In this document: piece by piece, positions 38,201 to 51,400 of the stretch
How positions within the stretch are numbered: the first letter of the stretch is position 1
How the letters are laid out: each line of letters begins with the position of its first letter
NCBI GenBank assembly: GCA_050084985.1
Contig: JBITNC010000002.1
Coordinates: 34,658,001 to 34,722,000, forward strand
DNA length: 64,000 nt
Source of the DNA: Nageia nagi
Taxonomy: Eukaryota; Plantae; Pinophyta
Reading direction: 5' to 3'
Translations under genes and position numbers: made by a program
The notes under the pieces: model-generated
Databases searched by the model: none
The model's input: only the letters and a program-made list of their open reading frames with translations
Told to the model about the DNA's origin: nothing

Positions 38201-38345
38201 TTTGGTAATTCCAAGTTGCCCTTCCCTCATGTGCAAAAGTGTGAAAGTAAATGGTTCTCTTTAACATGAAAGTGCAAGATTCCTTTCCTTTATCTCTCTA
38301 ACAACCCTTCTTGATTCACCCAAGATCATCTTTTGTTGTGAGGGG
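35240..38345 (-). mobile_element. Highly decayed probable LTR-retrotransposon leader/gag remnant with an internal ~38-bp tandem repeat (35935-36210)
   Basis: Low-complexity minus-strand ORF pieces (36389-36661, 36776-36979); repeated GAAYCHYACAATRGGAATC units; ends where the AKR-downstream duplicated flank begins. No diagnostic motif recognised. Confidence 0.35.
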
Positions 38346-38834
38346 AGAGCATAGTAAACATATTTATTAATGATTTAAACATCATAAAAATATTTTGAAT
38401 TCGCCAAAGATTTTAAATGATTCAACAATATTTTGTGCTTTTGAAAAGGAATAATCTCAATAAACACATAAAAGTTAAACAATACCATCAACAAAAATTC
38501 TATTTAACATTCACAACACTTTAAACTCATCATGCTTTTATATGTAAGAAGATTAAAAAACTTACCCTAATACATTTTAAACTGTATCATATCTCTCAAC
38601 TTTTTAACTTAATTTAAAAACATGTATCTTATATTTAAATTGGTAAATTTTTTAAAAAAATAAAAATTTAAAAGTATACTACAAAACAAATTTTTGTTAT
38701 ACACTAACATTTAACATGGATGGTTACTCCAAATATTTGAAATAAAACACCATAAACAACTTTCAAAAGATTTTATATTTACTAATATCTAAAATAGATC
38801 CTTATGTTTCATTTATATAGATAGAGTATTGACT

Positions 38835-38990
38835 AGTTTTGATATAACCCCTTATATATCAAAACACGCCGAGAGATGTCATTCTTGAGGTGTTTATCTT
38901 GGATATAGGAATACTAAGAAATGAGATAGACGTCTAGAGAATGATATCTCTCGACATTTTTTGATATACAAGAGGTTATATTAAAGCTGA
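38835..38990. repeat. Fold-back (~65-bp arms), MITE-like
   Basis: AGTTTTGATATAACCCCTTATATATCAAAA...GAGAGATGTCATTCT pairs with AGAATGATATCTCTC...TTTTGATATACAAGAGGTTATATTAAAGCT. Confidence 0.75.
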
Positions 38991-39493
38991 TATTAATTTA
39001 AAAAATAATAATAATTGATCAAATATTTATGATTGAACAGATGACGCGACATTAAAACTCTCCAACAAGATACATTATAAACCATATTAATCTTAATTTT
39101 TAGGTAGAAATGAATTTATATTACTATATATTTTATTATTGAAAAAATAACAAAAATCAAAAGCTAACATAGATTAAAAAAAAATTAAATTTAAATTAAG
39201 TATTAAAAACAAATATTATAAAAATCAATTGATCAATTAAATTATTAACTATTCAATTGATTTTGTTACACTTTTTCAGAGTCATATCACATTATTTATA
39301 TATACATGAAGGGGATAGATGTAGAATAGTCTATACAATAAAGAAACATAAGTAAGTTATAAAGTTCTACCTACTTCATATTTTTTTAGTTATAAATATT
39401 ATATGAATCTAAAATTCCTACAACATCTATAGAACAGTTGAAGATTCACTCGTAGGGTACATGACACAATGTATCAAGCAGACAATGCAATAA

Positions 39494-42400
39494 TCAATTC
39501 CCTTTTTTTGGTTGAGGGGTATTTGCGAACTGCCATGTCCTTTGGTAAGAAACTCCACCATACCTCAAGCCTGCTACCTCATGTTCTGGAACAGCTGAAG
39601 TGATCTCGTTCAGTTCTTGTCGTGATAATTGTATTTCTAATGATGCAATATTTTCATCAAAATGTTTTATTTTGCTTGTTCCTGCAGCCAAAAGTAGTAT
39701 ACAATATATTTAACAAAAACCATCTTCAAGTACAAATACAATTTAATTCCATGGTAAAATGCACTATCTTGGTATTGTTACCTGGTATGGGGACAACATC
39801 GTTGCCTTGGTGAAGCAGCCATGAAAGAGCTAGTTGTGCAGGTGTGCAATTATGTTTCTTAGCAAGTCTAGAAATTCGTTCATACAGTACTTTATTCTTC
39901 TCCAAGTTCTCTCCTTGAAATCGTGGTTGTCGGACCTGATCGACTATAATAGTGAAAACTAAAAAATACACAAAAATGGAAGTTTTGCACAATCTTTATA
40001 AACATTAACAGCGACTACCAAAGAATTACATATATAAGTGATCTCCATGACAATTATGACTCTTGTCACGGTTTCCTTTCATGGTAAAAAACTTTCAGAA
40101 CTCATTGCAGAGTAATCCAGCCATATTGCTAATGGTGCGGTTCACATTGTTCATAAATACCAACTTGAGTTTACTCTTTAATTAAAACATCTTTAGAATA
40201 ACAATGTCTTTGAGAATCTCATAATGAAAACAGATCTGGACTAACAATGCTTATCATGAAGCCGGAAAACATCCTTCCTTGTAGTCCTGGCTAAATGATG
40301 TGTACTAGTAGTTTAAACACAAATTCTTCTTGCCCAATCCATTTGTATCATTGTCATACTGAACACACAAGACAATCATCTCTCGAAGAATCTCATGATG
40401 TATTCTCCTCTAACAGGATTTCATATATCAATTGTTTATCAAAAAGTAAACTCGAGTGATAACTGATCATCTATGAAGGAGTAGGATAGGGGAAGATTCC
40501 ATGGACATAAATGATGATAATTTGAACTATTGGTGGTTTAGATTGGCAGTGCTATCACAGGGACACAAAGATAGTACTTATCAACAGGATTATTTCCCTT
40601 CAGAATGCCAATCCACAAAAGCAGGAAGATTGTGATAAAAATCCAAGAACTACCAACTAATCAACATCCTATACTACCATATGATTAAATATGCTTTGAT
40701 GAAATCAATTAATGGCAAGATAGGCCTTGGAGATGAGACAAAAGCACAGGAAGAAATGGTTCAACAGACATAAAGAGAATGGGTCTCACACCCACATGTT
40801 ATCTAGAAAATTACAATACAGGTGAAATGGACCAAAAGGGTTCCAAATTAATGATGCTTATATAAGAAACTTTGATGCGATCACCAAACAAAAATAGGCT
40901 TATCTAAATGGAATACATACACAGTTTAAAAAATCCTCAAATTTTAAGAAAAATCATTCATGGATGGACATTGGTATATTATATATTGAACTCGAGAATA
41001 GTGAAAAAACAGTAAACAACCAAAACCTAGTTGTCAAGGAGTTTACAATTAATAATTAAATAGTGAAATATTTGAGGTTCAAAATAATACAAGATGGTGC
41101 TTAGCAAAATACTTTACCAATCAATACCAATAAGTAGTGTTTCACAGATCAACACAAATGCAGACTCAGTGCCAACCAACTCCCCCAAAAAGCTTTCAAT
41201 CCAAAATGAAGTATGCTAGGCAGGTATGACCTCCTAGAGAGATTCCTAAGACATGGTATTGTCAAACCCATAAGAACAACCAAAAGAAGCAAGGCGATGC
41301 TTGCCAAGTATCATGCTGATTGGTTGGCTAACAATCAATGTTTCAGATGACACTCAAAATTACAAAACCAAATATTCTTGGGTTTGTTACCCACCATAGA
41401 GATGGACATATATGCTTACATGAATAATATAAAATTAAATAAGCTGTCACAAATGGAGTCACCACATGAGCTTTAGATACTATATTTAATAATGCAAAAT
41501 TATAAAATCAAGGAAACAACGAGATTGTAAACTCCACTCAAAACCAATTCACTTATTTGCATGAAACAAGAAGTGCACAGGATGAATTTGTACAAAATAA
41601 ACATATTCGTACTATCTTTGCATTCCTAGATTGATTTTACTACAGGGTGTAAGTTTGGTTCAATAAAACACACCAAAGATCGCTTTCGTTAAGAAAGTCA
41701 AATCATGTTCTTCAATTCTTGATATTTCTGGTACTCTGTTAACCTGATCATTAGAGCCTCTCAGTAGTCATATGCTTAACAAAATCTAGATATTTGTCAA
41801 AGTGGTACCTGAACATGCCAGAACTAACTGCATCACCATGTACAGCAAAAAGAAATGATTGATACAGAAAAAGGTCCTTAAAATGCATTTGTTACAAAAG
41901 TTTTGGCCTTTTGATTCTTGGACAAATAAATTCAAAAAATCAAATTTCATGTTTTTCTTCTGCTTAAAGATTTTTTGAGGGGTGAATTACTTCAAACCCA
42001 AAAATGCCAATCACCAATTTCCAAGGTCAAGTTGGCCCGAAATCAAAATATGCACAAAAATCCCCCCGTTTCTTTCTAAGGTTTCAGATAATGTAAATGC
42101 ATCTAAAACATTCACCCTTTTGTGGCTTATAGAGCAATTTTATTAGAAAACTTTAAATTGTAATATGTTGGTAAAATAAGCTCCAACAAATGAAATTCCA
42201 ACCACACACTCACAATAAAAACCCCCATGTTCCCTCCATAAAGATTTGTGAATTCTTCAAGCTGGCAGAGATGTTCAAGGATATATTACCAAGATATTTG
42301 GAAGTCATAAAAACAGTTGTAAGTTTGTAACAATGTAAACTTGTAACTGTATGCTTATTTGTATTTTGTAAACTTGTAATTGTATGCTTATTTGTATTTT

Positions 42401-45400
42401 ATAAACTTGTAAGTTGTAATAGCATGCTTGTAGTTGTAAGTGTAACATTATGTTTGTTTGTTTGTAAATTTGTAACAATATGCTTGTTTGTAAGTTGTAA
42501 CAATTGTAAACTTGTAATAATATGCTTGTTTCTAAGTTTGTAACAATTGTAAACTTGTAAACAATGTCCTCTACTTGACAACTTGTTTGTTTATGTTATA
42601 GACTATGGTAAATGGCAACTGCCAATTGACAGGCTTGCTACATGCATTGAAATTTTTAACTTTCTAGCTTGTACAACATGTTCACAATTTTGTAGTTGTT
42701 GTGAATGTTTCTAGCATGTACAACATGGCAAGATTCAGGACTTGCATAGTACACCAAGTGACCAAACCTTAAGGTAGCATTCATCAAAATCATATAATAG
42801 TTTATTAAAAAAAAATTGACCTCCAATCCATGTGCGGGATGCCCAGGAGTCCCCGAGATGGCTGGGGACATTTGGGAGTCCCCCAACATCCTAGGGATGC
42901 CTGGGAGTCTCTGAGACACAGGGGGGATGCCCAGGGATCCCCCATCCATTCTAGGGGCGGTTGGGCGTAACTCCAACTGGGAAAACATTTCTCCCACTTT
43001 CTCAAGAGTATGATATGGGAGGGGACATTTCGTACCCATCCCTCCGTCCCCAAATTGGGGGAAATGGTGATATAGGGGTACTAGGGGTGGGTACATGTCC
43101 CCATGGTGTTGGACTAGAAATGACACTGAGAGGGGGGGGGGGGAGGGGGTGAATCAGTGAGTAATTAAAACTTGAGGCTAATAACCAAATGCAAGTTTGA
43201 AAGACATTCAAACACACAAGAGCAAAACATGATAATATATTTAACAAGGTTCACCATCTTGGCTACATCCCCAAGAAAAGGCTGCTTGGATAATGGTCCA
43301 AATCCAGCTTAGAAGTAAAGCACCCACTTTACAAAGGTTTACCGACACCCATCGGATGGAGCGCCTACTCCAAATTTTGCAGCACCCACTGCAAGGAGCA
43401 CCAACTTGGCAGATTACAAAAGAAAATGGTTTTGCCAAACTTGCCAACTCTATCACAAAGACCCTCAATGGTCTAGCTCAGCAATCTCCACACTCCCGGC
43501 TATCTCTGTTTGAATCAGCTTCCTATCTTCATAGCCAATGCACTGTCCTCATTGCCATTTGAAACTATTTAGCACATACAATCTCCTTTCTATCTCAACA
43601 GAAAGATGTACACCATTTTGCTAACAATCCTACATATATTGTTATCTCTGCAAACCCACTCTTCTTGCTCAGCATACACTTCTCTCACCTCATTTTGCCT
43701 TCACTAACTTGTTTTACATTTTCTTCCCTTATCAGCAACAACAACCTTACGAATCTCAACTTGTTTTTACTTGGCTATGCTCAAAACTATTATGATCGGT
43801 TGTAGTCCATGGTAACTGTCTTCAACCATAATTTTCAGTTACATTCTTAAAATAATCACCACTACTTAGTTTCTTTTGTTATATTACACTTAATTCCATT
43901 TGCTATTTCATCCACAAACCACTCTGGGTCAATAAAACTACTCATGAAAGCTATTCAGTTACAGAAATAATGAGCATAAGAAAGTCCCATATATTACAGC
44001 TGCTATAACTTTTGCTACAGGTGTCTAAATGCAATAAAACCTCCACCATTGGTTAGATTATTTCCTGTAGATGCAAATCGAGTGGTCATACAACCCCTTT
44101 TGCTTCAAAAACGAGCATTCGGCAGCCATTTTCGTAATTGCTGCAAAAAAAATGACGCCCACAATAAATAGTGGGATAATCGCATTTCATTTATCCTATC
44201 ATAAACGTCCAAAACTTATAGAGAGATAATCACACTTCAATTAGCCTATGCACATTTTACTTTGGGCTAATCGCACTAAGTTTATCCTCTACGACTTTTG
44301 ACTTCGTTAATGGCTGACAAGCTTCCTTAATGCTCAACAAAGTATGGGATAATCGAATTTTGTTTACCCTCCATGTTTTTTACCACAAATACACTTTATT
44401 TTGAACCCCGACAAAGGTTTATAATGCCTGACCAACCCTTTTGATGCCCGATTAATATTTTTCATGCCTGACTAGCATTTTTGATTTGTTTTAGTAAATT
44501 GCTTCGTTTGATGGGCAATTTTTGACAAAGGTAGGCATGCATATACTCGTTGGAAAGCTTATTTCGAGCTCTATTCAATAAAAAAGAAGTCAAATCAATT
44601 TGAAGCTTGTATTAAGAGTTATACCTCTTCAAATATGACTGATCCATTTTGATGAAAAATCTTATCGACACAATTCCACATTGCATTGTCGGACATCACC
44701 TTGCATTGTCGGCCTCCACCCTGCATTATCGGCCTTCACCCTACATTGTTGGCCTTCACCCTGCATTGTCGGATATCATCTTACATTGCCAGCCTTCATC
44801 CTGCATTGTCGAACATCATCTTTCATTGTCGACCTTCATCTTGCATTGTCGGACATCATCTTTCATTTGAACTATTTAATTATGTCAGTAACCAAACAAA
44901 ACCTTTGTTAATTTAAATGGTAGCCAAATCATTCCTTCAATTGTTTTATCTAATGTACATAAGACTAGTTGCAATCTATTTTTAAGTCATGATTACCTCA
45001 ATGTTGTCTCGCATTATTTGTTCATGATAGTCTAAAAAAATAAATAATTGTCACTATATTATAGCCACCCATTAGGTTCTTAAACTATATTATCTTCAAA
45101 CTATAATATGGTTAGAACTTACAACTATATAATGCTAGTAAGAAGAATTTAGGGTTTCTCCGAAAATGGTGTCAGCATCATCAAGGCAAACGATGTGCCT
45201 ATGTCTCCGTTTCTCAATAATGGAATGGCTTCACACCCATGTGGAAAAATAGCACACTATAATAAGGCTGACATTAATTATTGGATGACCACCATTAAGG
45301 TTTATTTACCTTTGAAAACACATACGATTTGAATCCAAGATCAGGTCTAACAATCAGCTCCAATGGCAATTAGTTTGTGTATCAACAAAGCAGGTAGACA

Positions 45401-48400
45401 GAACTAAGATGGTTATAAAATGCATAGGTGCACATGCTCTATCCTGAAACATCTATGCTCCTCAAACTTCATAACATTATGAACAAATAGCACCCTCTAG
45501 GTATTTGTATTGTTTCCATTATGAACAAATAGCTAAAGTTTGCATATATATCAATCATCAGATGAAAAACGTCAAGCACCCTCTAAGTATGTGTATCGTT
45601 TTCATCAAGAACAAATAGTTGTATAAATCATCTGATGAGAAAAGGAAAGCGCCATCCAGGTATGTGTATCGTTTCCATTATAAAAAAATGGCTAACGTTT
45701 GCATATATATCTCTGTTAATGGTGTTTGGTTACACAATTCTAAGAATTCTAGCTATAAAGGGAGAAACTGCAATTTTTATCTGTGGGAGGTTTGGCAGCC
45801 ATATAGTCTACCCCAAGTAGTCAAGGTCTCACCATCCACACAAAAGTTTTTTCAATTATTATTTGAGCACTGTCAATGTTTAATACCAACTTTCTATACA
45901 AAAATCATTGTTTTGTCATGAATTTAATTCAAATTGTTAAATTTATTTTAGTCAATATGCAGGCAATGGAAACTTACAAAACGGCTGTCATCCTCATGCA
46001 ACTTTTCAACTATAGCTTTGCCAGCAAAAAAACCACGACCAAGTGGACTGTATGGTACAATCCCTATACCCAACTCCCTGCAGAATATTAAAAATATGAG
46101 TAAGGGTTGAAAATTTAAAAGGAACACATAAGACCATAGAGGTCAACACAGGAAGATATTCTCCATATCAATTCACATTATTATATCACTCTGTTACCTC
46201 TATCCTAATCAATATGTTGTGGATAATTCTGCATTTCAAACAACCTTGTAAAAGAGCTTTAAAACTTGAGAGCAAACAATCGCAACGATATCAAAACACA
46301 AAAAACTAATACAAATATGATAGTACTATTCAACTTCTGAGATGATTCAATTTTGAAACTAAGTGCATAACAGGTCAACAAATAGTATTTCTTAATTGAA
46401 TCTATGGATGGAAAGGAAATGCCAGATTGGAAATAAAAAGAGTCATACAAATGTCCAACTCTTAAAATTTTATCCATAACTGTTAAAGCTCCCCAATTAA
46501 TGGAAGATCCATATTACTTCAAAGTTGGATTTTCCTTTTCAAAAACTTTCTTCATAGACATCCATTGATCAGCTATAGAAACATGAAAACCAAAGGTGGC
46601 AATTGTATACCTTGTAATATTCCCAGTCTTAATGATTTTCCATTGAGAATCCAGCCAGTTTGGTGGCTCATCTTAGCCAATAATTAAGACCTCAATTTTT
46701 TCTCTACTCACCATCACCCCAACAGCTATTAGAAAAACTGCTGAAACAAAAACATAGGGCTTTCAATGTGCTAAGACACACATATTTATAAAGAGAACAT
46801 TTACAAGTTTTTCATCATCAGTCAAGGACAAGACTTGTTTGCTTTCTACAATTTTGGTTGACTCTTGTAGATATTCAAGGGCATAGATTAATATGAGAAG
46901 GTACGGAGCCAATAGCCACCACCAAGAAACGAATCATTTAATGGATTGGATCTGATGGAATACAATTAACACAAATTCCTGAGAGGTATTTGAAGAAAAT
47001 TGTGTTTTACTGGGCCGGTATAAAGCTTGTCCATCTAGCTCAAATACAAGTGAGCCTACCTAACAATCGGACCAAGCGTATCACAGGTTGATATCTTAAC
47101 TTGTTTGGCCCTGTGATGCAAAAAAGAAGTGGTCTCGTTGTTCATGCATTTATCTTTGGTGTTAGTATGCCACTTTCTCCCTGACAAACAAGCTTCCAAT
47201 CTCATTAAATTCGACAGACAGGGCATCTCATCTGTGATGTGTCACCATACTTCACCAGTAGAAGAAAAAGCATATGCAACATTCAGTCACCACTTACAGT
47301 CCAGATAAATAATCATTTCAATTAGTTTCTCTATGATCCTCTTCATGTCCTTTCCATGTTCGATTCCTCACAGAGAAGTGCTTCAGCACTTTGAATTGTC
47401 TATATTGATGCAGAAAATGACCACTCAACATGTTGTCTACACTCTTTTATTTGATTTATAACTATTTTCATATGTAAAAATGGTGATATGCACTTGTCTA
47501 TAGCTAGCATGCCTTGGATGCTGTACAAGAAGGTCAATTTTGTTGATAACTTTTTTAACAAGCTTTCACAATTTCTTTCCCTCAAGTTTTTGACTTCGGC
47601 ATTCAACTTCCTCTTCTGCCTCACTTCTTTCAGAACATCAACTGCTAACAAGGAGAGGACCCCAACAATCAACATGGTCAGCCAACGTACTGATTTTATC
47701 TTTTTTATGTGACATTAGTACATGTTCCTTTTCAAAAGAAAGAGCACAAACATAAAATTCTGGTTTACCAGTATGCTTAAGAGTTTTTGCATAAAAAGTG
47801 TGAGTACATTAAGCAAGGTACCAATTGGCACTTATGATTCAACTGTCTTAACTCAATCTTCAAAAGAGTTGGAATATTCCCTGAGTTGCATGGCATCCGT
47901 GCCGTAATTTGACTGATTTCAGGGCACTCATGCTGTTCATTCTCCATCCACGCCGTTCATTCTTCGTAGGCATTATTTTATATTTCAGTTTGAGTAACTG
48001 TAGGTAGAGAGTGTTTCATTTCATCTTCTGAATCAATTCCTCTCTCTGGAATGTATAGTTGTATTATTGTATAATTATTGTATTGGGTTGTTCCAGAACG
48101 GGATATAGTTGAGAGTTCATTCTTGTTGTAGTAGTTCAAGCATTTGATGTAATGTTATGTTGTTGAAGTGAATATAGAACTCCATTATTATCCATTGTTG
48201 AGCTGGTTCATTGCTTGTATTTGCTCCATATTGTGAATGTTCATTTATTTGTTTTGAGTTTTGACTATAATCTTAATTGCGGTATCAAAGTTTGTTTGGT
48301 CTAGAGGGTTCAAGAAAGCCTATGGTTCTTCTAGCAATTTATTAAGTTGTTTCAGAGGTCCATTGAAGGTTTTTTGTTTTTCAGTGTAATGGCAAACAAT

Positions 48401-51400
48401 ACAAACTCTCTTCCTATTCCTGAGTTTGATAGAGCAAACTATGAGTACTTGAGCATTAAAATGCTGACTTTGTTGATGGGCAAAGTTTTGTGGGATGTTG
48501 TGGAAGATGGCTAAACTTAACCAATTGATTGGAGAACTCTTGGAGCAATAGAGAGAACAACAAGGAAGGAGGCACAAAAGACATTTGGCGATCTATCACA
48601 TTCAATCAGCCTTGGAGAAGAACATTTTTCCAAGGATTGCAGGCTATAAGACAGCTACAAAAGCATGGCAAGCTTTGAAGGATGGCTACGAAGGAAGTGA
48701 CCAGGTGAAGCAAGTAAAATTGTAAACTCTTAGAAGAGAGTTTGAGAATTTGAAGATGCAAGAGACAGAAAGTGTTGGAGATTATTGTGTAAGGGTGAAG
48801 GCTTTTGTCAACAAGATGGTCACTCTTGGAGAAGTAATGGAGAAAGTTGTTGTTGTCAAAAAGGTGTTGAGAACAACTACTCCCAAATGGAACCATGTAG
48901 CCATAATCATTGAAGAGAGAAAAGATATGTCGACTCTTGAGTTTGACCAATTGATTAGCTCTTTGAAGAGAGGCTAAAAGAAGCTACCGGTGGTGTTGAG
49001 GAGAAAGCATTTTCTTCTAAGGAGAATGCAAAAAGCTTTAGTGGACAAGGTAGAGGTCAGAATCAAAGTTGTTAGCCTCGGAATCAGATCAGAATCATTT
49101 TGTTGGAAGATTATGATTTTTTGAGAATCGGCTAAAAATCGGAAAAAAATCAACAAAAAATTGACCAATAAGAAAAACCAAGAATTTTCACAATTTGACG
49201 TTGAGACAAATCATTTTTAGCTATCTCTCAACATTGCATATAAAATAAGACAACATTCCATATCAAATAACACATTACAAAAGTGAAAACATAATGTAGC
49301 ATTGGAAATTGTTGAGTTTTCAGTTTTGTATTACATATTGAATGTCCAAGAACCAAAACACATCAAAGATTTTCAAGTTCACAAAACAAAATCTAAACCA
49401 AAACATTTATCTAGATTCTAATGTCTATATTGTCTTTGTTTCCCCCTTCTCAATCTCTCTTTTGTTGCTCTAGCCCTGTTAGTGCTTCTTGTTGGTTCTT
49501 TTACTTCTTGGGAATCCCCTGCTTGTGGTTGTCTTGGAATCTAGCTCAAATCGTGCAAATGATGTTCCTCTTAGCTCCTGCCAACTGAAATTTGCAAGAA
49601 AAAATGAAAAAAAAAAAATCCAATTTCAACCTTTATATCCTCCCCAATAGGCACCCAAAAATCCAACTATTTTTCACCAATTTTTTGCTCACGAATCACG
49701 ATTTTTTGGCCCAAAAAATCGGACCAGGAATTGCCAAAAATGTGGAAAAAATCACCACATCAGCAAAAATTAAAAAATCGGAACCAATTCAAGAAAAATT
49801 GTTTGTCGTCAATCCTGATTTTTTGCTAATTTTGTGAAGAATGTGCTTTGAGAAAGCATTCTAAACAGAATTAATTCATTCTAACATTTGTGGGCCTATG
49901 CAAACTTTGAGTTTGGGTAAGAACTACTATTCTCTTACCTTCATTAATGATTATTCAAGAATGAGTTGGGTGTTTTTTATCAAACACAAGGATGAAGCAT
50001 TTAATTGTTCCAAATATTTCAAGTACAGTCAAGTGTGCAGCCCAGCCTACAACTTGTGCCATAAAGTACACCGTCTAGCTCCTCAAACAGTCCCAAAACA
50101 AGTACTACAAGTGCTTCATCAAGTGACAATTCACCATATGTTTTTGTTGATGTGATGAAGACCAAGAGAGGTTAAAGCACACTTCAAATTCATCCTCCTT
50201 CTCAGGTTTTGGAAAGCAATTTTAATAGAAGATTCACTAGAAGCCAAGCTTGAGAAATGGACCAAGTTGTTCAAAGACTTGAGAATATGCACATAGAGAT
50301 GAAGATGAAGGTGAACCAAATGGTGATATTGTGAATTATGCATTGATAACTATTTCTAATTTTGAACCATTTTGTTATGAACAAGCTTGTACTAATGATG
50401 TTTAAATGCACGCTATGCAAGAAAAGATCAATTGCATTGTGAAAAATGAGATTTGGGAGCTTGTAGAATTGCCCAAGGGAAAGAAATGCGTAGGTTCCAA
50501 GTGGGTCTATAAGACTAACTACAACAATGATGGTACCATTAAGAGACACAAGGAAAGGCTTGTGGCAAAAAGATTCACACAAAAATATGGGATTGACTAT
50601 GAAGAGACTTTTGCACCTGTTGCAAGGCAAGAAACAGTGAAGATGGTTCTTTCGTTGGCAGCTCAAAAGAGTTGGACTATACATCACACGGATGTAAAAA
50701 GTGCGTTTTTTAATGGGTACTTCAATGAGGAAGTTTATGTACCAAAGTCTCAAGATTTGAGGTGAAAGAAAAAGAAGATCATGTGTACAAGCTAAAGAAG
50801 GCTTTGTATGGCCTTAAGCAAGCACCAAGAGCTTGGTACACAAGAATTGATGGATACTTTCATCAAAGTGGCTTCAAGAGGAGCAAAAATGAACCTACTC
50901 TATACTTCAAAGAAGAACGTGATGATATCTTGCTTGTTTTCTTGTATGTTGATGACTTGATCTAAATGGGTAGTAGTTCCTTGTTGAATGACAGTTTTAA
51001 GGTTGCAATGATGAGTGAGTTTGAGATGAAGGATTTAGGATCGATGCACTATTTCCTTGGCATGGAGGTGCACCAAAGCAAAGACCAAATCTTCATTTGT
51101 CAAACCAAGTATGCAAAAGATACAGTAAACAAATATGGCATGGGCAATTGCAAAGCAATCCCTACTCCCATTGCTCATAGTGAGTTGTTGTGCAAATATG
51201 ATGGGGCTGAGAAGGTGAATGTAACTGAGTATAGAAGCATTGTTGGAAGTCTAATGTTTCTCACAAATACTAGACCTGATATTGCTTATGTTGTTTCTTT
51301 GGTATCAAGGTACATGAGTGAGCCTTCTATCTTGCATTTGAAGGCTGCAAAAAGAATACTGAGATAAGTTTGTGGAACCACTGATTTTGGTATTCATTAT

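Larger units (their letters stand above)
42830..45251. mobile_element. End of a non-autonomous DNA transposon (GGGGACA/TGTCCCC-rich subterminal motifs), split by a solo LTR
   Basis: GGGGACA/GTCCCC motifs at 42840-43103 appear to continue after the LTR as CAAGGCAAACGATGTGCCTATGTCTCCGTTTCTC (45182-45251). Confidence 0.5.

Noticed and set aside
43131-43149. Poly-G run as a special G-quadruplex switch
   Set aside because: A routine feature of this LTR terminus type; homopolymer length is unreliable.
42656-43562. Cluster of 60-156 aa ORFs on both strands
   Set aside because: Arises from GC-rich transposon subterminal repeats and LTR sequence; ORFs cross the insertion junction and have no domain.
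44649-44916. Three overlapping His/Cys-rich ORFs
   Set aside because: Translation of a ~21-bp tandem repeat inside the solo LTR.
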